A program made the position numbers and the translations under genes. From positions 1-64,000 of the IMG/VR virus record IMGVR_UViG_2617271113_000004: a DNA stretch of 64,000 nt. One strand, 5' to 3'. The DNA is from a virus. Taxonomy: Duplodnaviria > Caudoviricetes. Below are positions 59,847 through 64,000 of this stretch, in pieces (the stretch's first letter is position 1; every line of letters begins with the position of its first letter). Below the pieces are notes generated by a model, which saw nothing but the letters and a program-made list of their open reading frames with translations, was not told the DNA's origin and did not search any database.

Positions 59847-61283
59847 TTACGCCCAACCGAATGATATAGCAGATACTTTAGAAGAAGTATTCGGTAACGA
59901 GATCTTTATTTGTAATTCTGTATTTGCCTCTAATGCAATATTTATTATAGTATCTTCTTTTATTTCTTCCCAATTATTTCCTAAGTCTATCGAATATGTC
60001 AGTATGACATCCTTTGTTCCATCAGATATTACCCATAAATAGCTCTTTGAATTTTTTATTAATTCAGGAGTTAAAATTACTTCTCCTTGACCACTATACA
60101 ACTTATTAGTTTCATCGTAAGTTCCAGTTGCTTCTTCTACTTCACTTGTATCTTCGAATGTATCAATCACTAAATCATGTAATCTATATTTCTCAGATAG
60201 CATCAGTGAATTAGCTTTGAAATTTAATTTAGAAAGATTAACAACATTGGTTTCCTCTAATTCTTTCATCCTTCCTTCAATGGTCAATTCATCGTAGTTT
60301 ATCTTTATAGAATCTATTACTGGTGTTTCTACTGCAACGTCTTGGACAGTCTCTTCAGTTGGAAATATAACTTCTGAAGATAAAATAGCTTTTAATTTCA
60401 AAAATCTCGCTTGAACTGGATTATCAATATCTATAGAAGCAAAATCAGTAAAAGAGATTCCGTCTTGTGAAGTAGCAACTTTTACTTCAATATTTGTAGT
60501 TTCACTTAATTGATTTGTGATATCAACTAAACTTGTCTTATTCCAACCTACTCCCAAATCAATTACAGTTGAAGTCCATGAACCTTGGGGGACATAAGTT
60601 TTAGTTTCTTCAAGTTCATAAAATTCTATTTCATTTACAGTTATTCGATTACCCTCTCTTATACTTGACCAAGTAATACGATAATATTGATATTCTTTAG
60701 GCTCCTCAATAATAAATTCTATTTCTTTTTTAGTTTCATCAGTTTCATGATAAATAGTCTCATAGACAGATTCATCATTACTTCCTTCTATTATCCATTC
60801 TTTAGGTTTGCCATATCCGCTATAGATAAACTTCATCTTTGATATGAGGTGTGGTTGGTTGAAGTTTAGTTGAAACCACCCTGGAAACCTAGTGGAAATA
60901 CTTGAATTAGTACTTGTAGAGTAATTGCCATCAAACATTCTATTTTGAAAATGAAAGTATTCTAAACTTGAACTAAATGTAATGCTAAATGTCGTATCTA
61001 GATTTTTTAGTAAAAGATTATTATTTGAAGGGGCAAAAATCTTACCAATTTCTTTTAATTGCAATTTATTATCTAATGGTTCCAAATTGTTAAAAACGCC
61101 ATGTTTAAAATCAATATTATAACTGTTTCCTACGAGCAATTTATCTGATTGTCCTTCAATCCAATCTAATCGATGATCCACTGTTTTAAATCGACACTCA
61201 GCTTTATTCCCGATTATCTGTTCATTAAGATAGTCTATATCCTTCAATGCATTTACAGCTTTACTTAATGATATTACATCCAT
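59847..61283 (-). CDS. tail fibre/appendage-like protein, paralog 1 (one discoidin domain)
   Basis: MDVISL, MFDGN...PKEWIIEGSND...YYRI, ends FGWA. Confidence 0.7.
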   Translation of the reverse strand: MDVISLSKAVNALKDIDYLNEQIIGNKAECRFKTVDHRLDWIEGQSDKLLVGNSYNIDFKHGVFNNLEPLDNKLQLKEIGKIFAPSNNNLLLKNLDTTFSITFSSSLEYFHFQNRMFDGNYSTSTNSSISTRFPGWFQLNFNQPHLISKMKFIYSGYGKPKEWIIEGSNDESVYETIYHETDETKKEIEFIIEEPKEYQYYRITWSSIREGNRITVNEIEFYELEETKTYVPQGSWTSTVIDLGVGWNKTSLVDITNQLSETTNIEVKVATSQDGISFTDFASIDIDNPVQARFLKLKAILSSEVIFPTEETVQDVAVETPVIDSIKINYDELTIEGRMKELEETNVVNLSKLNFKANSLMLSEKYRLHDLVIDTFEDTSEVEEATGTYDETNKLYSGQGEVILTPELIKNSKSYLWVISDGTKDVILTYSIDLGNNWEEIKEDTIINIALEANTELQIKISLPNTSSKVSAISFGWA

Positions 61284-61295
61284 ATGATCACCCTC

Positions 61296-61787
61296 TTATT
61301 CACTAGGCTCTTCTGGGCTAATAAGAGTCTCTGTTTGAATTCCAGTTATATCTCCATTTGTATAGGAGTATGTTTTTGTTACTTGCACATTTTTTCCATT
61401 TCCATTACTGAATGTTTTTACTGAATTGATAAGTTCTCCACTTCCATCATCCTTGTAATTATAGGTAACTGTAAAAACCCGATCTCCTGAAGATTCGTGT
61501 TTAATTACATTTCCATTCTCATAAGTAAATACTTCACTGTAATTACCTGTTTCTAACTCATCTTCAAGTTCAGCTACCCTTTGGGATATTGGCTTTCCAC
61601 TATCTAAATAAGCTTGTTTTAAATCGCTAATAACTTCAGCCTCTGCATTACCCATCATTGATGTATCAATATTTAATAACTTTTCACTTAAAGTAATAGC
61701 GTCACCTTGGATAACTTTCAGTTGATTAATTAATGTTTGTAAAGTAACATCTAAATCCTTTTGCAGTATTTTTGTAGGGCGACTCAT
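61296..61787 (-). CDS. hypothetical tail-module protein
   Basis: GGAGG RBS; beta-hairpin-like YTY.NG repeats. Confidence 0.7.
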   Translation of the reverse strand: MSRPTKILQKDLDVTLQTLINQLKVIQGDAITLSEKLLNIDTSMMGNAEAEVISDLKQAYLDSGKPISQRVAELEDELETGNYSEVFTYENGNVIKHESSGDRVFTVTYNYKDDGSGELINSVKTFSNGNGKNVQVTKTYSYTNGDITGIQTETLISPEEPSE

Positions 61788-61811
61788 GTTTCAAACCTCC
61801 AATTAATTTAA

Positions 61812-62663
61812 TTATAGAATCTCGATTAACCGTGGTCGAATCCGTTCTTCTTCAGAAATCACATGATTAGTTAGAAGTGCTGGTGTATCATTCAAATAAA
61901 AGTACTTAACCTTAAAATCTACAATATTGTCGTCCAAATTCATTACTTTTTGAACAAAATCATTATAAATAAAGTCTTGATCTATTGAAAAGTTACCAAA
62001 ATAATTATTCAACTCACTCTTTACATTTAGGCGTATGCCTTCACTATCTCTTGTGCCTTCTTTCAATATAAGCTGTAGTTCTATCTCTAAATAGATTTCA
62101 TCAGGTAGGATTACATAAGGCTTCACTCCAAAGGCTTTTACTTGCTGCAAAACACTTTCCATGTTCTGTTTAACTGTTTCTGAGTCAAATCCATTTAAAG
62201 TAGTAAGAATAAAGCTAAATGTCCCTGTCCCATGTGTATATTCCTTCCCAAAAATAGACTGAACTCCTGGTATAGATAAACATGCGAGTCTTACAGCCTC
62301 CTCATTAGAAGAGACAGCTGCACTTACTTGTTTTGATAGCTCTATTCTATATGTGTCATCATCAATTAGCTTTTCTTCTTCGACACCTGTATCTTGATTT
62401 ATGATAATTTCTGTTCGCCTCGGATAATTAAACATCTCGCCCATTAACTCTAAATGCGTTCCAATAGCCCTGCTTAAATAACCATTGTTAAGCACTTCCT
62501 CAGCAAATTCATAAAGACTCTCAAATTCTCCACTCAATGATTCTGTTATAGATCGTGCAATACTTCCTGCATTAAAATTGGTAATAGGCGTATTTGTGAC
62601 AATAACATCCAGAGCATCTTTAATAATCTCTTCTTTACTTCTTTTAACTAGCATGAAACACAC
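61812..62663 (-). CDS. baseplate J-like protein
   Basis: ITNFNAGSIARSI, A.G..L...G.....R, DD.YR, SIPGV, GTGT, VKAFGV. Confidence 0.8.
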   Translation of the reverse strand: MCFMLVKRSKEEIIKDALDVIVTNTPITNFNAGSIARSITESLSGEFESLYEFAEEVLNNGYLSRAIGTHLELMGEMFNYPRRTEIIINQDTGVEEEKLIDDDTYRIELSKQVSAAVSSNEEAVRLACLSIPGVQSIFGKEYTHGTGTFSFILTTLNGFDSETVKQNMESVLQQVKAFGVKPYVILPDEIYLEIELQLILKEGTRDSEGIRLNVKSELNNYFGNFSIDQDFIYNDFVQKVMNLDDNIVDFKVKYFYLNDTPALLTNHVISEEERIRPRLIEIL

Positions 62664-62671
62664 CTCTCTTT

Positions 62672-63307
62672 CTAAATAGTTTGCGGTGATTTAACAATAA
62701 TAGGATCATCGGCATCACTATCTACAACTGTGTAAAAATCAATTTGATCAATACTTGTAGGAACAGCTTTCACAGTAATGTCCTCTCTCATGAAACGACC
62801 ATCATAAGTTAATGTCTCATGTATAGATTCTTCTCCACGTATTCCTGTTGCTTTTGTATTAGGCTCTCCTTCTAACAACTCCATATCTGCTCCTATATTC
62901 TCGTGAGATCGCCAATCCCCTTTTTGAGTTCTTATTCTATTCATTGCATCTTGTTCCGCAGATTCATAATTCGTTGTTAATCCCAAATCAACTCCACCCG
63001 CATTGTCAGGTTCTCCTAATATAAGATCTCCTTCAATAACGGCATATATCTGATATTCATATAGATTATCTACAGGAGGTTTGCTATCTTGGTAATGCAT
63101 TACATTTTGATCTAATGTAACAACTAACTCCCATCCTTCCACAGATACATCTTTACGATAAATTGCATATCCACCAATTTCATTTTGTAACTCCCATGTA
63201 AGGTAATATCCCGCATCGTTGGGGGTAATATCAATAAAGTCCATTTTTTCTTTTCCGTAAAAGGACATATCAATTTCTTTATATTTCCCCATATACCTAT
63301 TCACCAT
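62672..63307 (-). CDS. gp25-like baseplate wedge protein with FN3-like insert
   Basis: LTW...GYAIYR...Y.D......YEYQIYAV, then Q....RIRTQKGDW..H..IGADME.L.G. Confidence 0.6.
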   Translation of the reverse strand: MVNRYMGKYKEIDMSFYGKEKMDFIDITPNDAGYYLTWELQNEIGGYAIYRKDVSVEGWELVVTLDQNVMHYQDSKPPVDNLYEYQIYAVIEGDLILGEPDNAGGVDLGLTTNYESAEQDAMNRIRTQKGDWRSHENIGADMELLEGEPNTKATGIRGEESIHETLTYDGRFMREDITVKAVPTSIDQIDFYTVVDSDADDPIIVKSPQTI

Positions 63308-63641
63308 CTTCCGTTAGTTTGTCTAACACCGTTTTATACTCACCCTGTATAAAGTTTAGCTTTTGATTGTAACTAATCTCTTCTTTTTTCTGATAAAACA
63401 TCTTAAGATTCGGCGCAAAAATAGAAAAGCTTTGGGTTTTTGGATCCATCCTAAAACCTAATCCATAATCAGCAAAAGCTTCTACTCTCCCATCTTCTCT
63501 AGCTAATACTCCTGTCCCACTTGTAGGATTAATTAATCCAATATCTTTTCCTTTTGCTTCTGTGCTTTGAATAAATAAATTATCCACGTTATTTTCAAGT
63601 TCCATATCCATATTTAAAAGTTTTTCTTTCCATGAAGACAT
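63297..63641 (-). CDS. hypothetical baseplate-module protein
   Basis: ORF overlapping the next gene. Confidence 0.65.
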   Translation of the reverse strand: MSSWKEKLLNMDMELENNVDNLFIQSTEAKGKDIGLINPTSGTGVLAREDGRVEAFADYGLGFRMDPKTQSFSIFAPNLKMFYQKKEEISYNQKLNFIQGEYKTVLDKLTEDGE

Positions 63642-63647
63642 GACCTA

Positions 63648-64000
63648 TTAACCCCCCGTCATAAAACTAAATACATTAGCTACCGCAAATTTGAAGGTAT
63701 TTGAAGCAACTTCCCATTGTGTCGGTTCTCGATAGAAACCAGTTATTACAGGTTGTGAGCTATCTCCATCTATAAATTGAACCCAAACCCGATCACCTTT
63801 AACTAAACCATTAGAGATAATTCCCTGCGAGTAAACCATACAAGGAACTCTTTTGAGTACTTGGTCTTTTTTCCCCATATTCACTTTTATATCTGCTGTA
63901 TGTCGTTCTGTATCTTTTACTGGATTAGTTAACCCGTGCTCATCACACGTACATTGTAGTGATTCAGGATGATACCTTAAAACATGACCGATGAGGCCAG
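63648..64000 (-). CDS. baseplate spike OB-fold-like protein, 5' end outside the window
   Basis: Frame is open to the window edge; GDRVWVQFIDGD...PVITG resembles gp5/gpV N-terminal motifs. Confidence 0.55.
   Translation of the reverse strand, partial: GLIGHVLRYHPESLQCTCDEHGLTNPVKDTERHTADIKVNMGKKDQVLKRVPCMVYSQGIISNGLVKGDRVWVQFIDGDSSQPVITGFYREPTQWEVASNTFKFAVANVFSFMTGG

Noticed and set aside
56646-61283. Diversity-generating retroelement or invertible tail-fibre switch
   Set aside because: No reverse transcriptase, invertase or near-identical DNA repeats seen; all paralogs are on the same strand
27869-64000. Stand-alone contractile injection system or tailocin
   Set aside because: It is contiguous with a full replication module and shares the same palindrome, which fits a phage
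1-64000. tRNA or rRNA genes
   Set aside because: Intergenic gaps are short and AT-rich; no cloverleaf or T-loop signature was noticed

Overview
AT-rich (roughly 30% GC by eye), densely coding segment of a large Bacillaceae phage or prophage, probably with a contractile tail, almost all on the minus strand. 27.3-64 kb is virion morphogenesis: a baseplate spike-like gene, gp25-like and baseplate-J genes, two paralogous arrays of discoidin-like fibre/baseplate proteins, giant proteins with thrombospondin-C-like, PA14 and vWA domains, and a holin. An S8 protease / secreted amphipathic protein cassette interrupts it at 53.9-56.1 kb. 2-27.2 kb is replication and nucleotide metabolism: Rad52-like annealase, AEP primase, DnaB helicase, class I RNR with flavodoxin, dCMP deaminase, RusA, a sigma-like factor, a RemA homolog, DnaE, MazG, an endolysin and guanylate kinase. 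1-2 kb holds an ATP-dependent ligase, an XRE regulator and a gene with a LexA box. The most notable non-coding signal is a 14-bp palindrome, TGTAATGCATTACA and variants, found about 10 times, mostly just downstream of sigmaA-type -10 elements, which suggests one operator controlling both replication and structural operons. Also seen: tandem NrdR-like boxes at the RNR promoter and a three-way anti-SD hairpin between the two largest genes. All calls come from reading the sequence; no database search was run.
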